The notes under the pieces: generated by a model
The model's database searches: none
What the model was told of the DNA's origin: nothing
What the model saw: only the letters and a program-made list of their open reading frames with translations
Shown: positions 55,146 through 63,821 of the stretch, piece after piece
Layout: each line of letters begins with the position of its first letter
Position numbering within the stretch: the stretch's first letter is position 1
IMG/VR virus record: IMGVR_UViG_3300037247_001786
Location: 224,001-288,000 of that record
Length of the DNA: 64,000 bases
Source: a virus
Taxonomy: Duplodnaviria; Caudoviricetes
Reading direction: 5' to 3' (one strand)
Position numbers and translations under genes: made by a program

Positions 55146-55583
55146 TTATTTTATATTTGGCATTTTTGTTGATTTTATCCAAAAGTCGCTGAAAACTTTT
55201 ATTTTCTCGAATAATTCTTCTACATCAAATGTTTTTGTGATATAGGAATTGGCATATAATGAATATGAGGTATTAATATCACCAATATCATCTGATGTAC
55301 TATATATTATTATCGGAATAAGTTTGTATGTTTCATCTGTCTTCAAGCACTCTAAAACTTCAAATCCATTTTTTACTGGAAGATTAAGATCTAGAACTAT
55401 TATATTAGGTGTTTTAACATCGTTGAAGTCGCCCTGTTTGAAGATATAATCTATTCCTTCTTGTCCATCTTTGACATGGAATATCTCCATGTTTTCGATA
55501 TTGGCATTATCAAGTGCTTTTTTAAGAAGTACAAAATCAGGTTTACTGTCTTCTATTACTAGAATTTTAAAAGTGTTATTCAT
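55146..55583 (-). CDS. Rcp1-like single-domain response regulator
   Basis: ILVIEDS, LDLNLP..NGFEVL, IPIII.STS, ANSYITK; start at MNNTF (55583). Confidence 0.9.
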   Translation of the reverse strand: MNNTFKILVIEDSKPDFVLLKKALDNANIENMEIFHVKDGQEGIDYIFKQGDFNDVKTPNIIVLDLNLPVKNGFEVLECLKTDETYKLIPIIIYSTSDDIGDINTSYSLYANSYITKTFDVEELFEKIKVFSDFWIKSTKMPNIK

Positions 55584-55654
55584 GAGGGAACCTTTATTTA
55601 AAAAATAATTCATATTATTATCTTCTGTAATACACTAAGATATCTTCTATTTTT

Positions 55655-55683
55655 TTGTAAAGTGAAATGTTATAATATACAAT
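55655..55683 (+). promoter_or_regulatory. sigma70-type promoter (AGTGAAA class)
   Basis: TTGTAA-AGTGAAATGTTATAATA(17)-TACAAT. Confidence 0.7.
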
Positions 55684-55717
55684 TATTGCAAAGTACTTAA
55701 ATATAGGAGAGATAGTA

Positions 55718-56656
55718 ATGAGAGGAAATATACCAACGATTAATATATGCGGAAGAAGTTTACCTGAAGCATGGGAAAAAGCAGTAATAGCAGTTTGGGA
55801 TAAGGGTCTTGACATTAAAACGCAATATGACAAACCAGAAGATCCCCCAAGTAAAGATGCTACTGTTATGATTACAGTAGAAGACCCGTTTGCCGAACCA
55901 AGAATTCATAAGAATTTCCCAGGTGGACCAGAAGAACTCGAATCATATAATCAAGAAGTTCTAGACGGTATTCACAATCATTGGATTGATCCAGAGAACG
56001 GCAAATGGACATATACTTATAATGAGAGATTATATAAGTATACTCCCACAGAGGATTTGAATAATTCTAAATCTCCGAGACCTTTCGAGATTGTTGATCA
56101 AATTCAATATATTATTGACAATTTAGCTAATAGTAATTACAGTAGACGGGCACAGGGTATCACCTGGCAACCAACTTGTGACCCGAAGACATATGACCCC
56201 CCTTGCCTTCAAAGGATCTGGTGCCGTATGCCAGAGGATGAGGATGGGGTTCTCGTATTGAATATGAATTCTCATTGGAGAAGCAGAGATCTTTTTAGAG
56301 CGTGGTTTATGAATGTATACGCTATAACTAATCTTCAAAAAAGAATAGCAGATGCTATATCTGAAAAAATTGGAAGAGAAGTAAAAGTTGGAAGATATGT
56401 CGATATCAGTGATTCTCTTCATCTTTACGGTAGTTATCTTAATGATATCGAACCAGAGATAAAGAAGATGAAAGAAAAACCTATGTTTACTGAAAAATCT
56501 TCTAATAGATACACTGAAGATTATTTGCAAGAGATTAAAAAGAATATAGAACAGAGAACCTATCTAACAACTAGTCCAGCATTCGAAATAATGACAGAAG
56601 AGGCAAGAGAAAATCTTAAAAGGAACCCTGATTTTTATGCAAAGCCAAATGGATAA
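55718..56656 (+). CDS. thyA: Thymidylate synthase (ThyA fold, archaeal-like short type)
   Basis: YTYNERL, SRRAQGITW, PPCLQ catalytic Cys, WRSRD, MN, SDSLHLY. Confidence 0.85.
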   Translation: MRGNIPTINICGRSLPEAWEKAVIAVWDKGLDIKTQYDKPEDPPSKDATVMITVEDPFAEPRIHKNFPGGPEELESYNQEVLDGIHNHWIDPENGKWTYTYNERLYKYTPTEDLNNSKSPRPFEIVDQIQYIIDNLANSNYSRRAQGITWQPTCDPKTYDPPCLQRIWCRMPEDEDGVLVLNMNSHWRSRDLFRAWFMNVYAITNLQKRIADAISEKIGREVKVGRYVDISDSLHLYGSYLNDIEPEIKKMKEKPMFTEKSSNRYTEDYLQEIKKNIEQRTYLTTSPAFEIMTEEARENLKRNPDFYAKPNG

Positions 56657-57083
56657 AAAAACACTTTTTGATATTATAGATTTAGAAGATGGCGATTCTT
56701 CTGTTTTGTTGGCTCAGGTTAAAATGAAGAAAGACTCTTCCAGTGCTAAATATGGTAGATTATATTTTTGTCGGCGTAAATTATCAGAGTATAATGCTAA
56801 ATATAACAGCATTTGTCCATGGTGTAAAGAGAAAAAAGATTTTTTGAGATTATCACTTGACCACGACAAGTTAATGTGTTATAATTGTTTCTATGAAGGT
56901 ATGCAAGCAGATGCAGAGCTTTCTTCCTATCATGGTATTTCAGTTGAAGATGTTGAAGGGTTTATGTATGATGACGAATGGGAAGAACTCTGGGAAAAAG
57001 AAAATCCCCATATGATATTGAATGAAGAAGATGATAAATATTATGACATTAGAAAAAAGGTAGCGACGAAAAATGAATCTTAA
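56649..57083 (+). CDS. Hypothetical zinc-finger protein
   Basis: CPWC...CYNC. Confidence 0.5.
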   Translation: MDKKTLFDIIDLEDGDSSVLLAQVKMKKDSSSAKYGRLYFCRRKLSEYNAKYNSICPWCKEKKDFLRLSLDHDKLMCYNCFYEGMQADAELSSYHGISVEDVEGFMYDDEWEELWEKENPHMILNEEDDKYYDIRKKVATKNES

Positions 57084-57366
57084 AGATTATATAGATAATG
57101 ATTTACCTTTAGCTGGATATCCTAATTTTAGAACGGGGCAGCTTAAGCGTTTTTATCCCCGCAAACCTCGTAGTTGTCATAATTGTGAATTTGTAATGAT
57201 AGATGAATTTAGTTTAGAAAAAGAGGGATGCAGTACAGGATTTAATACTAAAATAGATGGTGAGAAAATGAAGCCATTAGAAAAATGTTATCCTGTTAAA
57301 GATAATAATACGATGTCTGATTTGCACGCAGATGCTGTGGGTATAAAAATTGAAGAATTGAGATAA
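57073..57366 (+). CDS. Hypothetical protein
   Basis: CHNCE...C...C pattern. Confidence 0.45.
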   Translation: MNLKDYIDNDLPLAGYPNFRTGQLKRFYPRKPRSCHNCEFVMIDEFSLEKEGCSTGFNTKIDGEKMKPLEKCYPVKDNNTMSDLHADAVGIKIEELR

Positions 57367-57376
57367 AGGAGTAAAA

Positions 57377-57574
57377 ATGGCTATTGCTAAAACAAGATTG
57401 CATATTATCTGTGGCATATGTGGCAGTAATGAATATCTTAAATTCGAAATTAATTTAACAGGAAACTGCGATAATAACGGGGATGAATTTCCTGCGGTGT
57501 TTATCACTTGTGGGAACTGCTCGTCATTAACAGATCTTTCTGAAGTTATTGATGAAGAGAAAGAAAGTTTATAG
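57377..57574 (+). CDS. Small zinc-ribbon protein
   Basis: CGICG ... CGNC; RBS AAGGAG. Confidence 0.6.
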   Translation: MAIAKTRLHIICGICGSNEYLKFEINLTGNCDNNGDEFPAVFITCGNCSSLTDLSEVIDEEKESL

Positions 57575-57585
57575 AGAGAAACAAA

Positions 57586-58620
57586 ATGAATTGGGCAAGA
57601 AAACAATTTAGAGAAGCAGTTTTTGACAGAGATGAGTATCGGTGCGTCATATGCGGGGAGACTGATGACTTAGCGGCTCATCATATAATTGAAAGAAGGC
57701 TCTGGGGGGAATCTCAAGGTTACTTTGGCGATAATGGAGTTACTCTCTGTCAGGAGCATCATATCAAAGCAGAGCAGACGGTGCTGTCTTGTGATGAACT
57801 TCGAGAGGCTGTTGGTATTAAGAGTATAATGTTACCAGAACATTTGTATGAAGAGTATGTCTATACTAAATGGGGGGACATTATACTGCCAGATGGAAGG
57901 CGACTCAAAGGAGAATTGTTCTTTGATGAGTCAGTTCAAAAAATATTAAAAAGCGGTAATATGCTTGATAGTTATTGTAAATATGTCAAATATCCCAGAA
58001 CAATGCATTTGCCGTGGAGTGGCAAGACAACAGATGATGATAGAATGCTAACAAGTACAAAACATTTTACAGGAAAAGAAGTTGTTGTGACGATAAAATT
58101 AGACGGGGAAAACTCTTCTTTATATAAAGGTTATTTTCATGCTCGTTCTATAGATGGAAATTCTCATCCTTCTCAAAGTTTTGTTAAGAATCTTCATTCT
58201 CAAATATCTTATGATATTCCAGAAGATTGGCGTATCTGTGGAGAAAACTTATATGCGAAACATAGTATAAAATATGATCATTTAAAATCTTATTTTTTGG
58301 TATTTTCAATATGGAATGAGAGAAATGAATGCTTGAGTTGGGACGATACCTTGTTATGGGCTGAGTTGTTGGGGTTAGAAACTGTTCCTGTTATTTATGA
58401 AGGGAAATGGGATGAATCGAAGATAAAATCTTTGGCAACTATGACAGATCATCAAGGTGACCCAGTAGAGGGATATGTTGTTAGATTGAGAGACTCGTTT
58501 GATTACGGTTCTTTTAAAGCATCGATAGCTAAATATGTTTCTAAAGAATTTAGAGAAGGTTTGAAACATGAGTATAATTGGAGATATAAACCTTTCGAAG
58601 TTAATAAGGTGGAAAAGTGA
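57586..58620 (+). CDS. HNH domain fused to Rnl2-like RNA ligase
   Basis: N-terminal CVICG..AHHI..NGVTLC..HH; KYPRTMHL, KLDGEN motif I, GENLYA, FLVFSI, EGYVVR, AKYV. Confidence 0.85.
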   Translation: MNWARKQFREAVFDRDEYRCVICGETDDLAAHHIIERRLWGESQGYFGDNGVTLCQEHHIKAEQTVLSCDELREAVGIKSIMLPEHLYEEYVYTKWGDIILPDGRRLKGELFFDESVQKILKSGNMLDSYCKYVKYPRTMHLPWSGKTTDDDRMLTSTKHFTGKEVVVTIKLDGENSSLYKGYFHARSIDGNSHPSQSFVKNLHSQISYDIPEDWRICGENLYAKHSIKYDHLKSYFLVFSIWNERNECLSWDDTLLWAELLGLETVPVIYEGKWDESKIKSLATMTDHQGDPVEGYVVRLRDSFDYGSFKASIAKYVSKEFREGLKHEYNWRYKPFEVNKVEK

Positions 58621-58874
58621 TTAGAGCTATAGTATCATTGACGTTGGTTTATCCTTATGTTCAATCAATTATGAATTTATTTGATTTTATAAGTTTATGG
58701 GGATGCAATTTAGTATCTGCTAAAACGATAAGTAATGTGGCTGTAATTTCTATTCCAGCAGATAAATTTAAAATGCTATTTGGAGAAAACCCCCGAAAAG
58801 GTAAATATAAAATACCAACTGGTTCGGAATATTTTTTAGTAACGGCAGAAGTTAAGGAAGTAATGACAAAATGA
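58617..58874 (+). CDS. Hypothetical protein
   Basis: GTGA overlap with ligase stop. Confidence 0.45.
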   Translation: MIRAIVSLTLVYPYVQSIMNLFDFISLWGCNLVSAKTISNVAVISIPADKFKMLFGENPRKGKYKIPTGSEYFLVTAEVKEVMTK

Positions 58875-59785
58875 GCAAACAAACAACTTACATCTTAATT
58901 GGATTACCTGGTAGCGGAAAATCTACTTGGGCTATCAATCACGTGAATAGCGAAACAAGAGTGAAGACGGAGCCTAATTTGAATGGATGTGTTATTATTA
59001 GTAGAGATACTATTCGCCATATGTTGAACGGAAATTATGCTTATATTGAAGACCAACAAGAGCTAATCACCGAGATCGCAGCATCCGCCGCATCCGCTGC
59101 CCTCAAAGAGGGTAAAGATATTATGGTTGATCAACTTAATATCAATAAAGAAGACAGAAAAGAAGTAACCGATTTTATTATCAAACATTTTGAGAGTAGA
59201 GATGAAGTAAATATAATATTTATTCATTTTACAGAAGAACAAAACAATGTTGAAAGAAGGATGAGAGGTGATTGTAGAGGAGAGTATGGAACTTATCATC
59301 AAAGAGTTATTAATAAATCAAAAAAGAAATATGAAGAAGTTGATGAGTCGGAAAATTACGATGTATTTATGCAGATAGATGGTCAAGGAGTTGTCTCTCA
59401 CTGGAGAGTTAATTGCAATGTTGAAGATACAAGTATCTCTAATTCTTTTTCTAGAAAAGAAATAAGAAATTTAAGTTGGAGTATTGCCGAATTTATATAT
59501 CCTCGACTTAAAGCTTTTAAAGAAGAGATTTGTGGTTATCCATCACATTTAGATTATAAAAATGGAAAGTTAAGGCATAGTCGTCGTCACGGACCACTTG
59601 CAAATAGGGCAACACCTAAACTTTGGGAAGAAATTATAGATAAGATGATACTTGCTTTCGAGTTATGGCTATCATGTGATGACTGGAAAGATGAGGTAAA
59701 CAGTAAAGAGTACAATAAAAAATGGGCAAAAATAGATGAGGGATTCGGCTTGTTCCGTAAATATTTTAATGGATTGTGGATCTAA
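58871..59785 (+). CDS. AAA_33/PNK-like kinase with C-terminal accessory domain
   Basis: LIGLPGSGKST, SRDTIR, IMVDQLN, R..R lid. Confidence 0.8.
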   Translation: MSKQTTYILIGLPGSGKSTWAINHVNSETRVKTEPNLNGCVIISRDTIRHMLNGNYAYIEDQQELITEIAASAASAALKEGKDIMVDQLNINKEDRKEVTDFIIKHFESRDEVNIIFIHFTEEQNNVERRMRGDCRGEYGTYHQRVINKSKKKYEEVDESENYDVFMQIDGQGVVSHWRVNCNVEDTSISNSFSRKEIRNLSWSIAEFIYPRLKAFKEEICGYPSHLDYKNGKLRHSRRHGPLANRATPKLWEEIIDKMILAFELWLSCDDWKDEVNSKEYNKKWAKIDEGFGLFRKYFNGLWI

Positions 59786-59786
59786 T

Positions 59787-59996
59787 ATGAAATGTGATAC
59801 TTGTAAGAATAATATTTTTCATCCAGCGGATACATGGCAGGCGGTTGCTGAAGGCGGCTCTGATCCTTATGCCTATTATTATTGTAGTAAAAATCATTGG
59901 GACTCTGATCCTGGATGTTTAGGTTTAGACTTTGATTATGTTGATGACGAAGACCCTTGGGAAGATTGTAAAGATTATAAAGAGAAAGGTAAGTAA
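59787..59996 (+). CDS. Small Cys-rich protein
   Basis: CDTC...CSK..C. Confidence 0.45.
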   Translation: MKCDTCKNNIFHPADTWQAVAEGGSDPYAYYYCSKNHWDSDPGCLGLDFDYVDDEDPWEDCKDYKEKGK

Positions 59997-59997
59997 A

Positions 59998-60516
59998 ATG
60001 CAAAATATATATATTATGATGGGCTTGCCCGGTTCAGGTAAAACTACTTGGGCTAAGAGGATAGCGGCTATAACAGGAGCTATTATCGTTGGTAGAGATG
60101 ATATAAGATATATATTAAGACATAACCATATATATGATGGGTCAAAGAGGAATAAAAAATTTGTTTGGGACATCTCTCAATATATGATAAAAGAATCTTT
60201 GCAAAGAGGATTTGATATTATTCTGGATCAAATGAGCTTAACTAGCAAAAACAGAAAAGATACTGTAGATCTGGTAAAAAAATATGCACCTGGGGAAATT
60301 AGAATACTTGTACTGCACTGTACGGAAGAAGAGAATAACGTAGAGAGAAGAATGAAAAGCGATATGGCGTGGGGAGACGAAAAATACTATATTGATTTAA
60401 TGAATAAGTTAAAAAAAGAAATAGAATTTCCTGACAGTAAGAAAGAGGGATTTGACGGGGGAATTATAATTTCTCCCAATGCGAGTATAGATGAAGTATA
60501 TTCGGCTATCTCGTAA
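59998..60516 (+). CDS. AAA_33/PNK-like kinase, paralog of 58871-59785
   Basis: MMGLPGSGKTT, GRDDIR, IILDQMS, EENNVERRM shared with paralog. Confidence 0.8.
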   Translation: MQNIYIMMGLPGSGKTTWAKRIAAITGAIIVGRDDIRYILRHNHIYDGSKRNKKFVWDISQYMIKESLQRGFDIILDQMSLTSKNRKDTVDLVKKYAPGEIRILVLHCTEEENNVERRMKSDMAWGDEKYYIDLMNKLKKEIEFPDSKKEGFDGGIIISPNASIDEVYSAIS

Positions 60517-60544
60517 AAATAATTTATAGGAGAGAATAGAAAGG

Positions 60545-61171
60545 ATGGTAAGAATACAATCGCCAAATAAAATAATTTTGGCAAAAAAGAAAAAAAAGAA
60601 GATAAAGATTTTTTTAGACATGGATGGGTGTATTAGCGACTGGCTCGGGGCAGCTTGTAATCTTTGTGATATAGACTTAAATGATACCGATATCAGAGAA
60701 GGCTTAAAAAAGAAAAATGGTTTTTTAGAAGACTTCGTAGATGAAAAAGTATTATGGAAAAACATTGAAGAAGCAGGTGTAGGCTATTGGGAAAATTTAG
60801 ATATATTTCCTTGGGCTAAAAAACTTTATAAGAGTTTAGAAGAATTGGGAGATGATTTTTCTATATTATCTTCACCAGGGAAATTTACAGAAATAGCATC
60901 ACTAGCATGTGACGGCAAAGTTTTATGGCTGGATAAACATTTCGATAATAAAAAGAATTACATATTTGCGTATAATAAATCTATTTGTGCAAGTGAGAAT
61001 ACCATTCTCGTAGATGATAGTCAACATAAAATTGACCCATTTGTCGAAGAGGGAGGGCACGGTTTCTTATGGCCAAATCCTCTATCTTTGATAGACGGAG
61101 ATAAGGATGTCGATGATACTATAGATGAGTTAGTTGATTATATTGAGAGGATGAAAGATGGAGAAGTATAA
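60545..61171 (+). CDS. HAD-superfamily 5'(3')-nucleotidase-like phosphatase
   Basis: FLDMDG motif I, ILSSP, GK..WL, ILVDDS. Confidence 0.85.
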   Translation: MVRIQSPNKIILAKKKKKKIKIFLDMDGCISDWLGAACNLCDIDLNDTDIREGLKKKNGFLEDFVDEKVLWKNIEEAGVGYWENLDIFPWAKKLYKSLEELGDDFSILSSPGKFTEIASLACDGKVLWLDKHFDNKKNYIFAYNKSICASENTILVDDSQHKIDPFVEEGGHGFLWPNPLSLIDGDKDVDDTIDELVDYIERMKDGEV

Positions 61172-61553
61172 GGATGTTTATGAAGATTGGAAAAACTCCA
61201 CTGATATAGATAAATTTATTGACTATGATGAATATACCGATGGAAAAAAATATCTTGAAAATTTTTACAAAGAAATTGAGGCTGTTTTGGAGTTAGTTCC
61301 AGAAGGTCTTTTCTTGTCTCAATCTCCTGAACTTAATCCTTGGGAAGCTACCTTCCATTGGTATTCTGATGGAAGAATGTTAGAGATATTGATAGAGTCA
61401 GGAGAGGAATGTATTAAAGCTAGTAGGGAGCCTGACGCTTTCGCAGGGGAGTTTAAATTTGGAGACCCCTTTGATGGTTTTTATGAGAGTAAAATAGAGA
61501 TAGAAAACAAAGAGCGAATTAAGGAGCTATTTAAATGGCTTCTTGATGAATAA
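61158..61553 (+). CDS. Hypothetical acidic protein
   Basis: 131-aa ORF in operon. Confidence 0.5.
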   Translation: MEKYKDVYEDWKNSTDIDKFIDYDEYTDGKKYLENFYKEIEAVLELVPEGLFLSQSPELNPWEATFHWYSDGRMLEILIESGEECIKASREPDAFAGEFKFGDPFDGFYESKIEIENKERIKELFKWLLDE

Positions 61554-61578
61554 ATAGAATTAGCAGAGGAGAAAAAGA

Positions 61579-61893
61579 ATGATAGAATTAACAGATGATA
61601 GCTTCCAGGAGGAAGTAGAAAAATGCGACATACCTGTATTAGTTGATTTCTGGTCAACGTGGTGTAATCCCTGTAAAATGATGGCACCAATTCTTGAAGA
61701 AGTAGAAGAACACTTTTCAGATAAGATAAAAGTTTGCAAAGCCAATGTGGAAGATGTTCCTGATGTTATTTCGGAATATATGGTTGCCGCTCTTCCAACT
61801 TTAATATTAATAAAAGATGGTAATGTGATAAAAAAAGAAGTTGGATTAAAAACTAAAGATGCACTGATCTCGATGATAGAAGAGGTCTTGTAA
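61579..61893 (+). CDS. trxA: Thioredoxin
   Basis: VLVDFWSTWCNPCKMMAP, ALPTL. Confidence 0.95.
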   Translation: MIELTDDSFQEEVEKCDIPVLVDFWSTWCNPCKMMAPILEEVEEHFSDKIKVCKANVEDVPDVISEYMVAALPTLILIKDGNVIKKEVGLKTKDALISMIEEVL

Positions 61894-61897
61894 TTAC

Positions 61898-62188
61898 ATG
61901 GAAGATAAATGGTATTCGTTAAGATGTAGAGTATTGTTAGCAGAGGAACTTAGAGTATCTCCAGATGATTTAGATATAGAATCAATTTCAGAGATGTTCC
62001 AGAACGCTGACTATCAAGAAAAAGATGAGGAAGGGGCTTATCGAGCCGTTTTGCGTCCTGAAACGAAAAGGCAAGAAGAAGCGATTGTCAATAACTACTA
62101 TGAGGTTATTGTCAATAGAATGATATGCGAAGAGTATCCTTTTCAAGGATTTTTTGATCATATTCGTTCTATTCGGGGGCTTAAATAG
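61898..62188 (+). CDS. Hypothetical protein
   Basis: 96-aa ORF. Confidence 0.45.
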   Translation: MEDKWYSLRCRVLLAEELRVSPDDLDIESISEMFQNADYQEKDEEGAYRAVLRPETKRQEEAIVNNYYEVIVNRMICEEYPFQGFFDHIRSIRGLK

Positions 62189-62462
62189 GTTGAAAATGCT
62201 CAGCACCTTTTTTATCTGTAAAGTGGACTACTGTTCCCATAGTAGAGGAGTATATTCCGTGAATGGTAATTTTCCCTTTATGCAATAAGCGATGACAGCT
62301 AGTGCAGAGACAGATACAATTTGTTGTTTCGTATTTGCCCCCGTCAGCTCCTGGAGTCCCCCAACGATGAACATCTAAAAGGTCATAATCGTCTTCGTGA
62401 CAGAGAGAACATTGCTTTGCTCTTTGTTTGAATAATTTTTTTGAACCAAATGGCTTTTTCAT
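62181..62462 (-). CDS. HNH endonuclease (free-standing, possibly mobile)
   Basis: CSLC...LDVHR..GGKY..NCICLC.SCHR.LH. Confidence 0.8.
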   Translation of the reverse strand: MKKPFGSKKLFKQRAKQCSLCHEDDYDLLDVHRWGTPGADGGKYETTNCICLCTSCHRLLHKGKITIHGIYSSTMGTVVHFTDKKGAEHFQPI

Positions 62463-62472
62463 ATTTTATCCG

Positions 62473-62501
62473 TAGAAAAGTGAAACTATATAATATACTA
62501 T
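62473..62501 (+). promoter_or_regulatory. sigma70-type promoter (AGTGAAA class)
   Basis: TAGAAA-AGTGAAACTATATAATA(17)-TACTAT. Confidence 0.65.
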
Positions 62502-62554
62502 CTAATAATCGAAATATAAATAAATAAAGTTTAATTTAAAAAGGAGAACTAAAA

Positions 62555-62935
62555 ATGAATTTTAACAAAGTTATTTTGATGGGTCGCTTAACAGCAGATC
62601 CAGAACTAAAAAGTGGAAACAACTCTAAATATGTAGATTTTTCCATTGCGGTAAACAGGGCTTACAAAGAGAATAAGGAAGTCCATTTTTTCAATTGTAG
62701 GTCTTATGGTCCTATTGCGGAAACTATCAGTAAGCATTTCCAAAAAGGAAGACCTATTCTTATCGAGGGTCGTCTAGACAACAATCGTTGGGAAGATGAA
62801 AAAGGGAAACACAGTATTGTGAGAATCATAGCGGAAGAATTTGAGTTTGTTGATTCTCCAAAGAAAAACGATACACAGGAGAATACGACTCCAGTAGTAG
62901 GAGTTTCAGGAACTGGCGGATACGATCCCCTTTAA
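62555..62935 (+). CDS. ssb: Single-stranded DNA-binding protein
   Basis: NKVILMGRLTADPEL, FSIAVNR, KG..ILIEGRL, acidic tail YDPL. Confidence 0.95.
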   Translation: MNFNKVILMGRLTADPELKSGNNSKYVDFSIAVNRAYKENKEVHFFNCRSYGPIAETISKHFQKGRPILIEGRLDNNRWEDEKGKHSIVRIIAEEFEFVDSPKKNDTQENTTPVVGVSGTGGYDPL

Positions 62936-62947
62936 AGGAGTGCCCAA

Positions 62948-63805
62948 ATGATAAAATTGAAAAAATTAAAATTAACTAACTATTGCGGATTTCAATCACT
63001 TGATATAGATTTTGATTCATGGACGATTTTATATGGGCCGAATGGCTCTTTTAAGAGTAGTTTGCTAGAAGCAGTAAGAATGGTCTCTTGTCCAATGACC
63101 TTTACAAGAGATTGTTCTCTGCTTTTTCGTAAATTAACTTATCATCCTGATTACAAACCAGGTTATGAGGGTTTTGATACTAGCAGGACAGAACTGCATA
63201 TAGAAGGTATTTTTGAAACTACTGATGGAGATAAAAAAGTTATTATCCAAAATGATTGGACACCCGAAGGGTCAGGAACTATATGTAATGAGATAAGTGA
63301 GATATCTCAAAGTCCCACTATCTATATTGATGCAGATCATCCCTTAAATATGAGTAGATTTCAGTTGATAGGAAAATATCAGAAAGAATTCGTAGATTTT
63401 GCTAAAGTAGTATATGGTTTAGATTGTTATCTAGATACTAAAAGAGGTAACGTATGCCAGACATACGATGCCGAGACAAGGGAAACTATCGAATTTATTA
63501 CAGATTTTATTATAGTTAAAAAAGGTAATACTAAAGTTCATTTTAAAAGTATGAGTGATGGCGAAAAGAAAATAGCAACTTTGCTTAGAACTCTTTTTAA
63601 TAGATGTTATAAAAATGATGAAAATACAAATGATATAATCTTGATTGATAATATTGCTCAACACATATACTTTAAAAGGCATATGATATTAATAGAAAAA
63701 CTTAAAGAATATTTTCCAAATAAACAATTTATTATTACCACCCACTCCCCTGTTATTATTGATCAAATGGATAAAAACTGCCTATTAGATATGGAAAATA
63801 TTTAA
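62948..63805 (+). CDS. ABC/SMC-type ATPase (AAA_21-like) with degenerate Walker motifs
   Basis: L.NYCGF, GPNGSFKSS, MSDGEKK signature, ILIDN, ITTHSP. Confidence 0.7.
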   Translation: MIKLKKLKLTNYCGFQSLDIDFDSWTILYGPNGSFKSSLLEAVRMVSCPMTFTRDCSLLFRKLTYHPDYKPGYEGFDTSRTELHIEGIFETTDGDKKVIIQNDWTPEGSGTICNEISEISQSPTIYIDADHPLNMSRFQLIGKYQKEFVDFAKVVYGLDCYLDTKRGNVCQTYDAETRETIEFITDFIIVKKGNTKVHFKSMSDGEKKIATLLRTLFNRCYKNDENTNDIILIDNIAQHIYFKRHMILIEKLKEYFPNKQFIITTHSPVIIDQMDKNCLLDMENI

Positions 63806-63821
63806 AATTATCGGAGAAGAA

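Noticed and set aside
25837-56656. Introns or inteins in topA, dnaX, cca or thyA
   Set aside because: Motif spacing is continuous, with no C/S...HN intein ends or frame breaks
57586-62188. MNWARK (57586) and MEDKWYSL (61898) as additional WYK-tag proteins
   Set aside because: Only partial matches lacking the W-Y-K/G core spacing, and outside the structural-looking cluster
1840-63682. Many short antisense/overlapping ORFs in the track (e.g. 23551-23919, 37883-38269, 56123-56530)
   Set aside because: They are shadows of well-supported genes on the opposite strand (the Phe-rich 23551 ORF is the complement of the Lys tract) and lack RBSs or motifs
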